NCBI GenBank assembly: GCA_017534965.1
Contig: JAFXVA010000008.1
Coordinates: 75,409 to 139,408 of the forward strand
Length of the DNA stretch: 64,000 bases
Direction of reading: 5' to 3'
From: Elusimicrobiaceae bacterium
Lineage (GTDB): Bacteria; Elusimicrobiota; Elusimicrobia; Elusimicrobiales; Elusimicrobiaceae
In this document: in pieces, positions 46,674-58,823 of the stretch
Layout of the letters: each line of letters opens with the position of its first letter
Numbering within the stretch: position 1 is the stretch's first letter
Notes under the pieces: generated by a model
The model's input: the letters and a program-made list of their open reading frames with translations, nothing else
What the model was told of the DNA's origin: nothing
Databases searched by the model: none
Program-made: the position numbers and the translations under genes

Positions 46674-47900
46674 CTACTCAGCAATAGGACCAAAGACCTC
46701 TTCGCCTTTAACTTCTTCCACGAGAACATTAAAAAGCCCTTGCGGTTTTTTATCGGTTTTTATTAAAACGCGTTGAAAGTTTGAAGCCGTTGCACGAAGG
46801 TAAGAATCTTGAAAATCTTCGCCTATTACTTGTAAAATTTGGCCTTTTAATGAGGCGGCGGCATTTGCGCGCAATTCTTTATCCAGTTTATGCAAAATTA
46901 AACTTCTTTCCTTGATTGTTTGCGGTGCAAGTTGTGGCATTTTAGCGGCAGGAGTTCCCTCTCGCGCGCTATAACTAAAAACATGAAGGCCGGCAAATTT
47001 TGCTTTTTTTAAAAACTCGGCACTTTCTTTAAAATCTTGTTCTGTTTCCGTCGGGAAACCGGCAATAATATCGGTATAAACAAATAAATTTTTTATTTTT
47101 GTTCTGATATAATTTAACCTTTCAAAAAATTCTTCTGCTGTATAGTGACGGCGCATATCTTTTAAAACTTTTGAAGAACCGCTTTGAAGTGGCAAATGCA
47201 AATAAGAGCAAAACTTTTGGCCCGCCTTGCTTAAAACATCAATTAAATCATCAGAAATTGTATTAATTTCTATTGAGGAAAAACGGACTCTAAAAGAACC
47301 TTCTAAAGCAAAAATTTCAGAACATAAATCTGCCAAATTTGCCTTTGTTTTGGGGCAGGAATAATTGCCAATATTGATGCCTGTTAAAACAATTTCGCTA
47401 TAATTATTTGCAATTAATTTTTTTATTTCACTAAGCACAATATCTTTTGGTTTTGAAGTTTTTATCGGTCTTGTATAAGGAACTATACAATAGGAACAAA
47501 AGCAGTCGCAACCATCTTGTATTTTGATAAAAGCGCGGCTGTGACCGCTGTGTTCTTTGACGGACCAATCAATTTCTTTATTAAAAAGTGCCTTAGATAA
47601 ATCTTCTTTAAAATAAATTTTTAAAGTCGGGTATTTTTGCAAAAGATAATCTTTTTTAACTCTTGCAAAACAACCGCTAACAACAATTTGCGCGGAAGGG
47701 TTTTGCTTTAAAAGCGTGCGAATAAATTTTTCGGCCTCTTTATCGGCATTAGCAGTAACAGAGCAAGTATTTATAAAACATAAATTTGCATTTTTAAAAT
47801 CTTGGGTTATTTCGTGCCCTTGGGCTAAAAATTCTTCTAAAACGGCCTCGCTTTCCACCTGATTTACGCGACATCCGTAAGTTTTAATAAAAATTTTCAT
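46674..47900 (-). CDS. radical SAM methylthiotransferase, MiaB/MtaB family (MtaB-like, no clear TRAM-length C-terminus)
   Basis: UPF0004 N-domain (TYGCRVNQVESE), radical SAM CxxxCxxC (CDCFCSYC). 408 aa. Confidence 0.85.
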   Translation of the reverse strand: MKIFIKTYGCRVNQVESEAVLEEFLAQGHEITQDFKNANLCFINTCSVTANADKEAEKFIRTLLKQNPSAQIVVSGCFARVKKDYLLQKYPTLKIYFKEDLSKALFNKEIDWSVKEHSGHSRAFIKIQDGCDCFCSYCIVPYTRPIKTSKPKDIVLSEIKKLIANNYSEIVLTGINIGNYSCPKTKANLADLCSEIFALEGSFRVRFSSIEINTISDDLIDVLSKAGQKFCSYLHLPLQSGSSKVLKDMRRHYTAEEFFERLNYIRTKIKNLFVYTDIIAGFPTETEQDFKESAEFLKKAKFAGLHVFSYSAREGTPAAKMPQLAPQTIKERSLILHKLDKELRANAAASLKGQILQVIGEDFQDSYLRATASNFQRVLIKTDKKPQGLFNVLVEEVKGEEVFGPIAE

Positions 47901-48589
47901 TGCATGGCACCCCAGACGGCAGCAAAAGCGGCACTTTGCGCGCGCAAAATAAAATCGCCAAGACTAACCGAAATAATTTTGTTTTGTTTGGCAAGAGCAA
48001 TTTCTTCGGGTTCATATCCCCCCTCAGGGCCAATAAAAATTGTTAGGTTTTTGGGGTTTAATTTTTGTATCTCTTGTAAAAAAGGTAAAGTGTGCTCGTC
48101 TTCATAGCAAATTATTGCGGGTGCTTTTGTTTCTTTAATAGCATCAGCAAAGTTTTGCGGCTCTAAAAGAGTGGGTAAATAAGGCGTGCCGCATTGTTTT
48201 GCGGCCGATAAAATAATTTGCTCCCAGCGTTCTTGCTTGGTTTGCCATTTTTTAATTAAATCTTTTTCGCACCTTTTGGAAATTATTGGTTTTATAGCAT
48301 AAACACCTGCCTGCGTGCAAAGGTTTAAAAGTTCCTCTGTTGCAGGGCGCGAAATTACGGAAAAACATAAAATTATTTTGCGTTTCGGGGTGAAAGGTTG
48401 TAAGGTTTTTAAAATTGTTCCACTTGCTGATTTATCCGTAAGAGTTTCAATTTTGCCAAGCCAAAGCCCGCCTTTGCCGTCAAATAAATTGATAGTATCG
48501 CCTACTTTAAAGCGGACAACTTTTAAATGGCGTGCTTCTTCTTGGTCCAAAACCCAAGTATTATTATTAACTTTTGCTATAAACTGCAT
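47897..48589 (-). CDS. rsmE: 16S rRNA (uracil1498-N3)-methyltransferase RsmE
   Basis: 230 aa with a PUA-like N-domain (HLKVVRFKVGD) and a C-terminal SPOUT knot (IFIGPEGGYEPEE). Confidence 0.88.
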   Translation of the reverse strand: MQFIAKVNNNTWVLDQEEARHLKVVRFKVGDTINLFDGKGGLWLGKIETLTDKSASGTILKTLQPFTPKRKIILCFSVISRPATEELLNLCTQAGVYAIKPIISKRCEKDLIKKWQTKQERWEQIILSAAKQCGTPYLPTLLEPQNFADAIKETKAPAIICYEDEHTLPFLQEIQKLNPKNLTIFIGPEGGYEPEEIALAKQNKIISVSLGDFILRAQSAAFAAVWGAMQ

Positions 48590-48726
48590 TTTGCTTTTTT
48601 GCCTTTTTTAGTCTTTCTTATATTTTACTTTTTTATGAGAGAGTTTATATCAAAGAAAAAACAAGTTTAGAGCTTTTTCGTCTGAAAAGTTGCTGGTCTT
48701 AAAAATCAAAAAAATTGAAATATTAT

Positions 48727-49476
48727 TTAATTTAAATTATCTAAATCAAACAAAGTGCTTTCTCGTAAAATAAACGGATATTCTTGAATTTTTTGCCCAT
48801 CTAAAAGATTTCCTCCTTTATTTTTATCTCTGCCACCCCATTGCTTAAAGAAAAACGGCACTTTTTGCTCTTGGCATTGTTTTTTTATATCTAAAACCCA
48901 TTCTTTTTGCATAGGGCGGGCATTTTCGCCAGATTCACCACCGAGAATAACCCAATCTATTCCTTTTAAATCAAGATTCTTTAAATTACTCAAAAGCGGT
49001 TCTAAAGATAAAAATTTTGTTTTAGCACTACATTTTTTAAGCAAATCAAGGCGATAAAGATACTCCGCACTTTCTATTGTTGTGCCCATTAAAACATTAT
49101 CATACCAAGACAATTTATCGTTTAATTCTAACATTCTTTCAGGCCTTTTTGTAAGTATTTGATATTTATGATGAGGAGTATTTTTAATTGTTTCAAAAAT
49201 TTTTAATAAAAAAGATAAAGGCACTTTTTCGTGAAATAAATCACTCATTGAATTGGCAAAAATCAATTTTGGGCTTTTCCATTTAAGAGGGATGCTTAAA
49301 GCATCTTCGTGCAGAGCCACTTTAAAACCTTTTTGATAATGTGCTGCTCCTATAGATTGCAAATACAAAGCCATTTTATAAGCATAGCAATTTTGGCAAC
49401 CTAAAGAAATTTTACTGCAACCCGTAACGGGATTCCAAGTTGCACTGGTCCAGGAAATACGGCTATTTTGTGCCAT
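48727..49476 (-). CDS. DUF5131 / phage Gp37-Gp68 family protein (three-Cys motif)
   Basis: N-terminal ISWTSATWNPVTGCSKISLGCQNCYA (C20-x6-C27-x2-C30) and GGESG further on. AAGGAG RBS 15 nt after the upstream stop. Confidence 0.8.
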   Translation of the reverse strand: MAQNSRISWTSATWNPVTGCSKISLGCQNCYAYKMALYLQSIGAAHYQKGFKVALHEDALSIPLKWKSPKLIFANSMSDLFHEKVPLSFLLKIFETIKNTPHHKYQILTKRPERMLELNDKLSWYDNVLMGTTIESAEYLYRLDLLKKCSAKTKFLSLEPLLSNLKNLDLKGIDWVILGGESGENARPMQKEWVLDIKKQCQEQKVPFFFKQWGGRDKNKGGNLLDGQKIQEYPFILRESTLFDLDNLN

Positions 49477-49491
49477 TTTTACTCCTTAAGT

Positions 49492-50529
49492 TTATAAATA
49501 TTTATAAATATTATACCAAGATTTTGTAATTCTACTAATAATAGTTTTAAATTTTGGGAACTGGCTTAATTTAAAAAATATTATTTGAGCTTGTTTTTCA
49601 GATATTCCTTTCAACAATAAGTTGTTAACAATTTCTCTATTCAAATTCCTTTTTGTAGAAGACAATTTCTTTTTTATATAAAAAATTAGAGAAAAAATCT
49701 TCTTTGTAATATTAAAATTATTTATTTTCATACTAGAAGATATATTTTTCCCATTAAAACTATATTGCCAAAAAATATTATTAGCAATTAACATAGACTT
49801 TTTATCTTTTGTAATCAGAAATAAAGCATTAATTTGACTTTTATCTTTCAAAATAAATTCTCTAATGTATTTTGTTCCTAATAATTTAGAAATTTTTGAA
49901 ATTATTGATTTAGAAAAAGTATACACGTTTTTATAAGGAAAAATTCCTTTTGTTGTATATGTTTTTAAAAAATCTTTCACTTTACCGTTTGCTTCCTGAT
50001 AATTAGCAAATCTATACGCATAAAAAATTGGAATAAAAAACAAAATTTCTGTATTCGGTAAGGAAAACATTCTTTGTAAATCTTCTATTGTAATATCTGT
50101 ATAGCCAAAAGGATCTAATAGAAAAAATTTATAACTATTTTTTCCCATTTTTGACAACAAGTGAGGATAAATTTTATGAAAATCATCATTAAAAATCTGA
50201 ATATTAACTTTTTTATTTATTGTTAGTGTGGATAGATTTTTATGCAAATATTTGATATTTTCTTCATCAATATCATTAAAAAATAAATTTATTTTAAAAT
50301 TATCACAAATATACTTAAATTGAAAAATCTTTTTAATAATATTTATAATAATTAAAGGGCTGCCAAGGTTTTTTCCATTTTTCCCTGAACCACAAAATAA
50401 GTCTGCTATATTGCATTCTTGAAAAGATGTCGCTTTCCTAATCAAATATGCAGTAATATATTCTTCAAATATATTGGTTTTGATTGCTGTAAGTTTGCTC
50501 TGTTTCTTAAAAAACAAAAGAGCTGACAT
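49492..50529 (-). CDS. TcmP-like (three-Cys-motif partner) protein, methyltransferase-fold
   Basis: ATG at 50529 after GGAG. ADLFCGSGKNG (SAM motif I-like) and FLLDPFGY (motif IV-like). Lies directly upstream of the DUF5131 gene. Extremely AT-rich. Confidence 0.65.
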   Translation of the reverse strand: MSALLFFKKQSKLTAIKTNIFEEYITAYLIRKATSFQECNIADLFCGSGKNGKNLGSPLIIINIIKKIFQFKYICDNFKINLFFNDIDEENIKYLHKNLSTLTINKKVNIQIFNDDFHKIYPHLLSKMGKNSYKFFLLDPFGYTDITIEDLQRMFSLPNTEILFFIPIFYAYRFANYQEANGKVKDFLKTYTTKGIFPYKNVYTFSKSIISKISKLLGTKYIREFILKDKSQINALFLITKDKKSMLIANNIFWQYSFNGKNISSSMKINNFNITKKIFSLIFYIKKKLSSTKRNLNREIVNNLLLKGISEKQAQIIFFKLSQFPKFKTIISRITKSWYNIYKYL

Positions 50530-50569
50530 AAATACTCCATACAGTATTAAGACAGCCCTCTTGTTTGTT

Positions 50570-50598
50570 ATAGTAATAATTTTTATTCTTTTTGTCAA
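50570..50598 (-). promoter_or_regulatory. sigma70 promoter of the TcmP-like/DUF5131 cassette (TTGACA-17 nt-TACTAT)
   Basis: Minus strand: TTGACA (50598-50593), 17-nt spacer, TACTAT (50575-50570). Confidence 0.6.
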
Positions 50599-50630
50599 AT
50601 ATATGTAGTATATTTATATAATTTGTATAT

Positions 50631-50666
50631 TAAAACCCCTGCACTTTTATTTCAAAATGCAGGGGT
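50631..50666 (-). terminator. terminator hairpin downstream of gyrA
   Basis: CCCCTGCA / TGCAGGGG stem. On the minus strand it is followed by TTTTAATAT. Confidence 0.55.
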
Positions 50667-50703
50667 TTCTTTTTTACTTAAACAACTAGGTTGCGATAAA
50701 AAC

Positions 50704-53193
50704 CTATTTGGTTAATTCTTCTTCGGTGCGTTCTTCCTCTTTGACGACAGGAGCAACACGGGCGATTTTGTCTTTTTCTTCAAGTTTGACTAATCTCACG
50801 CCTTGTGCGTTTCTGCCGACGGAGCGGATTTCTTCGCACCTGATTCTGATAGCCATACCTTTTTCGGTAATGACCATTAAATCTTTAGATTCATCAACAA
50901 GTTTAATACCTACCACTTGGCCGTTGCGTTCGGTCGTTTTAATGGTAATAACGCCGCTGCCGCCGCGGTTTTGGGTGCGGTATTCGCTAAACTCGGTGCG
51001 TTTGCCGTATCCGTTTTCGCAGACGGATAAGACATCGGGCTGTGCGCCTTCTCTTGGGGCTTGTTCCATACCAACTACGGAATCGCCTGAAGCAAGGCGG
51101 ATACCTCGGACACCTTTAGCTGTTCTACCCATAGCGCGAACTTGGGTTTCGTCAAATCTAATTGATTTACCTTGTTTGGTAGCAATTAAGATATCGCTGT
51201 TGCCGTGAGTTTCTTGAACGGAGATTAAGATATCTCCTTCCTCAAGACCGATAGCAATAATACCTGTTCTGCGGATGTGGGCAAATTCACTTAATTCAAC
51301 TCTCTTAATTGTGCCCATGCGGGTGCACATTGTAAGGTAAGTTTCGCCGCTGTTTTGCGGGTCAAAGTTCCTAAATGCAACGGCTGAGGTTACCTTTTCT
51401 TCGCCTGAAATCTGCAAGAGATTGACTATTGCTTTACCTTTGCTTTGGCGGTTGCCTTCCGGTATTTCAAAGGCCTTTAAGGCAAACACTCTGCCACGGG
51501 TTGTAAACATTAAGATTGTAGAGTGGCTGGAAGTTACAAATAAGTGTTCAATAAAGTCTTCTTCTTTTGTTCTTCCGCCGATAATGCCTTTGCCGCCGCG
51601 GTTTTGTGATTTATAAGTATCAAGAGGGATGCGTTTTGCATATCCGTCATTTGATAAAGTTATAACCACATCTTCTTCTTCAATTAAATCTTCAATAGAG
51701 AAGTCGGTAATTTCGTTTGCAATTTCGGTTTTTCTTTCGTCGCCGTATTTATTGATAATTTCGGTTAATTCTTCAACAATGATATCTAAAATTCTTTGCG
51801 GGTTAGCCAAAATATCTTGTAAATTCTTAATTGTTTGGGCAAGTTCTTTTTGTTCTTGCTCAATAGCAATGGCGGAAAGTTGTGTTAATTGATGTAAGCG
51901 CATATCCAAAATTGCTTGAGTTTGGGCTTCGCTTAATTTAAAGCGATTCATTAAAGCAATTTTTGCAGCAGGAGCATCTTTAGAACCGCGGATAATTGCC
52001 ACAACTTCATCCATATTAGCAATAGCAACAAGTAAGCCATCTAAAATATGGGCGCGTTTAAGGGCTTTATTTAAGTCAAAACGTGTTCTGTTGGTAATAA
52101 CTTCCTGGCGGTGATGGACATATTGGCGCATAACTTCTTTTAAGCTTAAAATGCGCGGCTTGCCGTCAACGATAGCAAGCATATTAACACCGAAAGAAGT
52201 TTGAAGTTGCGTATGCTTAAATAATTGGTTTAAAACTACTTGGCCGGTTGCGTCTCTCTTTAATTCAATAACAAGGCGCATACCGCGTCTGTCGGATTCG
52301 TCGCGGATGTCGGAAATTTCGGTAATTTTTTTATCTTTAACAAGACCGGCAATAGTTTCAATTAAGGATGTTTTATTGACTTGGTAAGGGATTTCGGTAA
52401 TAATAATTGCTTCTCTGCCGCCTTTCATTTCCTCAATTTCGGCTTTGGCTTGGATACGCACAGAGCCACGGCCTGTTTCAAAGTAATCATAAATACCTTT
52501 TGTTCCGCGGATAATACCACCTGTCGGGAAGTCCGGGCCTTTAACAATTTGCATCATTTCTTTTGTGGTAATTGCCGGGTTTTTAATTAAGGCAATAATA
52601 CCTTGGCAAACTTCCGCTAAATTGTGGGTTGGAATATTTGTTGCCATACCTACTGCGATACCGCTTGAGCCATTAACTAAAAGTTGTGGTATTTTTGCGG
52701 GCAAAACTGCCGGTTCCATTAAAGATCCGTCGTAGTTAGGAACAAATTTAACGGTGTCTTTATCTAAATCGTTTAATAACTCATCTGCTATAGCTTGAAG
52801 ACGGACTTCGGTATAACGCATAGCTGCAGGGCTATCGCCGTCAATAGAACCGAAGTTTCCCTGTCCGTTGACAAGAGTGTTTCTCATAGAGAAGGTTTGT
52901 GCCATACGGACCAAAGCATCGTAAACAGAATTATCGCCGTGCGGGTGATATTTACCAAGCACATCACCGACCACACGGGCGGATTTCTTGAAGGGTTTAT
53001 TATATTTTAAACCCATTTCCTGCATAGCGTATAAGATTCTTCTATGAACCGGTTTTAAGCCGTCACGGACATCGGGCAAAGCACGGCCGATAATAACACT
53101 CATAGCATAATCTATGTAGGAGTTTTTCATCTCCGTTCCGATATCTCTTTCTTTAATATTGCCAAATAAATCAGTTGTTTTTTGTTCTTCCAT
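50704..53193 (-). CDS. gyrA: DNA gyrase subunit A
   Basis: 829 aa. DGLKPVHRR, the AAMRYTE active-site Tyr region and a C-terminal beta-pinwheel. Confidence 0.98.
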   Translation of the reverse strand: MEEQKTTDLFGNIKERDIGTEMKNSYIDYAMSVIIGRALPDVRDGLKPVHRRILYAMQEMGLKYNKPFKKSARVVGDVLGKYHPHGDNSVYDALVRMAQTFSMRNTLVNGQGNFGSIDGDSPAAMRYTEVRLQAIADELLNDLDKDTVKFVPNYDGSLMEPAVLPAKIPQLLVNGSSGIAVGMATNIPTHNLAEVCQGIIALIKNPAITTKEMMQIVKGPDFPTGGIIRGTKGIYDYFETGRGSVRIQAKAEIEEMKGGREAIIITEIPYQVNKTSLIETIAGLVKDKKITEISDIRDESDRRGMRLVIELKRDATGQVVLNQLFKHTQLQTSFGVNMLAIVDGKPRILSLKEVMRQYVHHRQEVITNRTRFDLNKALKRAHILDGLLVAIANMDEVVAIIRGSKDAPAAKIALMNRFKLSEAQTQAILDMRLHQLTQLSAIAIEQEQKELAQTIKNLQDILANPQRILDIIVEELTEIINKYGDERKTEIANEITDFSIEDLIEEEDVVITLSNDGYAKRIPLDTYKSQNRGGKGIIGGRTKEEDFIEHLFVTSSHSTILMFTTRGRVFALKAFEIPEGNRQSKGKAIVNLLQISGEEKVTSAVAFRNFDPQNSGETYLTMCTRMGTIKRVELSEFAHIRRTGIIAIGLEEGDILISVQETHGNSDILIATKQGKSIRFDETQVRAMGRTAKGVRGIRLASGDSVVGMEQAPREGAQPDVLSVCENGYGKRTEFSEYRTQNRGGSGVITIKTTERNGQVVGIKLVDESKDLMVITEKGMAIRIRCEEIRSVGRNAQGVRLVKLEEKDKIARVAPVVKEEERTEEELTK

Positions 53194-53209
53194 AAATTCC
53201 TCTTATAAA

Positions 53210-55678
<2,469 letters not shown>

Positions 55679-55681
55679 TTA

Positions 55682-55984
55682 TTACTCCTTAAAAATAGAA
55701 ATCTCTTTTATCCAAGCTCTTTGGAAATTTTTATTTAATTCTTTTATTATACTTTCCTTGTTTAGTAAAAGTTCCTGACGGGCAGAAACTACTTTTACTT
55801 TTACAAAAATTGTATTTTTTTGCACGGCATATAACTGCCAAAATTTTGCTTTTGAACCAAGGGTTTTTTTCCAAATATTTTCAAGTAAAACAAGTTTATT
55901 TATTTGTGAATTAAAACGATTAAAACTATTTTTCAGTTCACTTGGTTCATGCCAAATTGTTGGCGGTTTTTGCCCTAACTTCAT
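55682..55984 (-). CDS. DUF721 (DciA-like) domain protein
   Basis: 100 aa between dnaN and gyrB, with a DUF721-like pattern (IWKKTLG...TIFVKVKVVSARQELLL). 4-nt overlap with dnaN. Confidence 0.65.
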   Translation of the reverse strand: MKLGQKPPTIWHEPSELKNSFNRFNSQINKLVLLENIWKKTLGSKAKFWQLYAVQKNTIFVKVKVVSARQELLLNKESIIKELNKNFQRAWIKEISIFKE

Positions 55985-57084
55985 GCACGCACCGGCATTA
56001 TTACATATTTATATTGATTTTTACCCTCTTCTTCCACCAAGACAGGTTGGGAAGCATTATTAAATGAAAAAACTACTTTACCGGAAATTAACTTTAAAAC
56101 ATCAATTAAATATTCCGGATTAAAGGAAGTTGAAAAATCATCTTTATCATAATCAATTTTTAATTCTTCGGAAAAATCCATTTTAACAGAAGTTGAAGTT
56201 ATCTTAATTTTATTTTCACTAAAGGAATATTTTACCGTTCCGCCTAAATCACCGGCGCAAAGGGCTGCACGTTTTGTGGAAGATAAAAGTTCCCCAACTT
56301 CTAAAGATAAAGAAAATTCTTTTTTTGTAGGTATAACCTGCTCATAACTTGGAAAGTTACCTTCAATTAATCTTGAAATAAAAATTGTTTCTTTAAAACT
56401 AAAACTAACTTGGTTTTTAGAAACATTTACATCAATAAAATCATCATCTGTCGGTTTATTTATACCAAGTAATTTAACAAGTTCATTTAAAATTTTACTT
56501 GGAATAATTACTTTAAAATCTTTAACCCCTTGTAAGGGAGTATTTGTTGCTAAAGCAAGGCGTCTTCCGTCGGTAGCAACAACTTCAAATTTATCTGCTG
56601 TGGAAACCCAAAAAAGACCATTTAAAACATATCTTGTTTCTTGAGTAGAAGCAGAAAAAATTGTATGTTCAATAATATCTTTTAAATCTTTACATTTAAG
56701 GGTAAAAGATTCTTCTTTTTCAATAGATGGAATAATAGGATATTCTTCTTTAGGTGTTCCGATAACCCAAAATTTACTTCTTCCGCTTTTTATATGAAGT
56801 TTATTTTCTTCATCTGTTTCTAAGGTTATTTCTTTACCGGAAGGAAGTGTTTTTAAAATATCTGCAAATTCTTTTAAAGGAACTGTTATAGAACCTTCTT
56901 CAATAACTTCCGCATTAATAGTATGTATAGTGGCCATTTCCATATCTGTTTTGGTAAGTTTAACTTTACCTTTTGAGGCCTCCATAAGAAAGTTATAAAG
57001 TATAGGGGCTGTTGTTCTACCTGATACTCCTGAGATAATTTGGATACCTTCCAAAAAATTCTCTTTAGTAATATTTATTTTCAT
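55981..57084 (-). CDS. dnaN: DNA polymerase III subunit beta (sliding clamp)
   Basis: 367 aa with a three-domain clamp pattern. Located between dnaA and gyrB. Confidence 0.93.
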   Translation of the reverse strand: MKINITKENFLEGIQIISGVSGRTTAPILYNFLMEASKGKVKLTKTDMEMATIHTINAEVIEEGSITVPLKEFADILKTLPSGKEITLETDEENKLHIKSGRSKFWVIGTPKEEYPIIPSIEKEESFTLKCKDLKDIIEHTIFSASTQETRYVLNGLFWVSTADKFEVVATDGRRLALATNTPLQGVKDFKVIIPSKILNELVKLLGINKPTDDDFIDVNVSKNQVSFSFKETIFISRLIEGNFPSYEQVIPTKKEFSLSLEVGELLSSTKRAALCAGDLGGTVKYSFSENKIKITSTSVKMDFSEELKIDYDKDDFSTSFNPEYLIDVLKLISGKVVFSFNNASQPVLVEEEGKNQYKYVIMPVRA

Positions 57085-57237
57085 ACTTATTATCCTTATT
57101 ATTATGTTATGTTAATTGTGTTAATTCTGTTGATACACCTATACAACTTTTATTTTTTTATGTTTATAAGTTTACACATTTTATTAACATTATTAACATT
57201 AAAATCCTTTTTTTCTTTTTGTTAATTATTATCCACA
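57085..57237. other. candidate oriC segment (dnaA-dnaN spacer) with a DnaA-box cluster
   Basis: Perfect TTATCCACA at 57229-57237. Two-mismatch boxes TTATCCTTA (57090-57098) and tandem TTATTAACA (57181-57189, 57190-57198). AT-rich tract in between. Confidence 0.5.
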
Positions 57238-58583
57238 GATTTAACATCACTTATCAACTGGTTAATAACAGGAACAAAAAACGGGTTATTTTCTATTTCT
57301 TCTTTTACTTTTTGTTTAGCATGTAAAATAGTAGTATGATCTCTGTTAAATTCTCTGCCTATTTCTGTTACAGGTAGGGTAGTAAGTTCACTTGCTATAT
57401 ACATAGCTACTTGGCGCGGCCAAGCAATATTATTGCTTTTCTTTTTAGAATTAATATCTTCCACGCTGATCTTAAAATATTTAGAAACTACTTTTTTAAT
57501 TTGACTTATACTTATACTATATTTTTCCTGTTCGGAAGTTATAATATCTGCCAAAACTTCTTTTGCAATAGAAACAGAGGCCGTAACCCCATGGATACTG
57601 CAATAAGCCGTAAGTCTAAATAAACAACCTTCAATTTCTCTGATACTTGCTTGAACACCACTTGCAATAAAAGCTAAGACATCATCACTGATATCAAAAT
57701 TATTAATATCTCTTTTTTGTCTTAGAATAGCAAGGCGAGTTTCAAAATCCGGTCTTTTAATTTCTGTAACAAGACAGCTAAGTAATCTTGAAGAAAGACG
57801 TTCGCTTAAACCTAGTTGGGATGGGGTTCTATCGGAAGTAAAAACAATTTGTTTTCTATTATCAAATAGACTATTAAATGTATAGAAAAATTCTTGTTCT
57901 GAGCTTTCTCTTCCTACAATAAATTGAATATCATCCAGTAAAAGGCAATCAAGATGGCGGTATTTTTTTCTAAAGGAATCTGTTTTTTTATTTTGTATAG
58001 ATTCTACAAATTCAGAAACGAACCCTTCGCCGGACATGTATAAAACTTTTGCATAAGGATTATCTTTTAAAACCTGATTTCCTATAGCATGTAAAAGGTG
58101 GGTTTTACCAAGACCAGGCGCACTGAAAATAATAAAAGGATTATTTGCTCTGTCGCCTAATTTTTTTGCAACAGCTTGTGCCGCATTATAAGCAAATCTA
58201 TTTGAAGGGCCTTCAATAAAGCCGTCAAAAGTAAAATAAGAGTTTAAATGACTTTCAAAAGGATTAACAACTTTTGGTTTTTCTTCGTAAACTTCCGGTT
58301 CAATAAATTTAGGAGTAGATGATTTAACTAAAACAGGGACAATATATTCTAAAGTTAAAGGTTCATTAATTAATTGATTTAAACCTTGTAAAATTTGTGT
58401 TTCATATCTTTCTTTTATTTTACGATGCCAAACTTCGTTAGGTAATTCTATTTTAAAAATACCATTGTCAAAGGAAAGTGGCTTCATTGGTTTTATCCAC
58501 ATATCACAAATATCTTTACTAAGTTTATTTTCAAGAAAAATTAGGAGATTTGCCCAAATTTCGTTTATATTAAAGTTTTCCAT
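57222..58583 (-). CDS. dnaA: chromosomal replication initiator protein DnaA
   Basis: 453 aa. AAA+ Walker A GLGKTHLL and a C-terminal DnaA-box binding domain (RDHTTILHA). Confidence 0.97.
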   Translation of the reverse strand: MENFNINEIWANLLIFLENKLSKDICDMWIKPMKPLSFDNGIFKIELPNEVWHRKIKERYETQILQGLNQLINEPLTLEYIVPVLVKSSTPKFIEPEVYEEKPKVVNPFESHLNSYFTFDGFIEGPSNRFAYNAAQAVAKKLGDRANNPFIIFSAPGLGKTHLLHAIGNQVLKDNPYAKVLYMSGEGFVSEFVESIQNKKTDSFRKKYRHLDCLLLDDIQFIVGRESSEQEFFYTFNSLFDNRKQIVFTSDRTPSQLGLSERLSSRLLSCLVTEIKRPDFETRLAILRQKRDINNFDISDDVLAFIASGVQASIREIEGCLFRLTAYCSIHGVTASVSIAKEVLADIITSEQEKYSISISQIKKVVSKYFKISVEDINSKKKSNNIAWPRQVAMYIASELTTLPVTEIGREFNRDHTTILHAKQKVKEEIENNPFFVPVINQLISDVKSVDNN

Positions 58584-58823
58584 CCAACCACCTTACATAT
58601 GCTAAAACATAAAAAGATGTTTTATAAGTAAATTTTAGCAGTTTTGCGTTAAAATAGCAAGAAAATCAAATTCTTGTTTATTTATTTTAAAAAAAGATAA
58701 ATTTAAAAACAATAACCCAAAATGTTTATTTTTGCTTTTTATATGGAAAAACCTATATTTTTTGACATTTTTTGTAAAAAATAATATCTTTTTTATATAC
58801 TATATAATGTATGGAGGATTTTT
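58584..58823. other. AT-rich region upstream of dnaA at the strand-orientation switch (possible second oriC part / DUE)
   Basis: 240 nt, very AT-rich, no ORF. Genes are on the minus strand to the left and the plus strand to the right. No convincing DnaA box seen. Confidence 0.35.

Noticed and set aside
58584-58823. rpmH/rnpA or another small gene, and strong DnaA boxes, upstream of dnaA.
   Set aside because: There is no ORF resembling L34 (MKRTFQP...). The best box-like 9-mers have at least 2-3 mismatches. Only an AT-rich tract and the rubrerythrin promoter region are evident.
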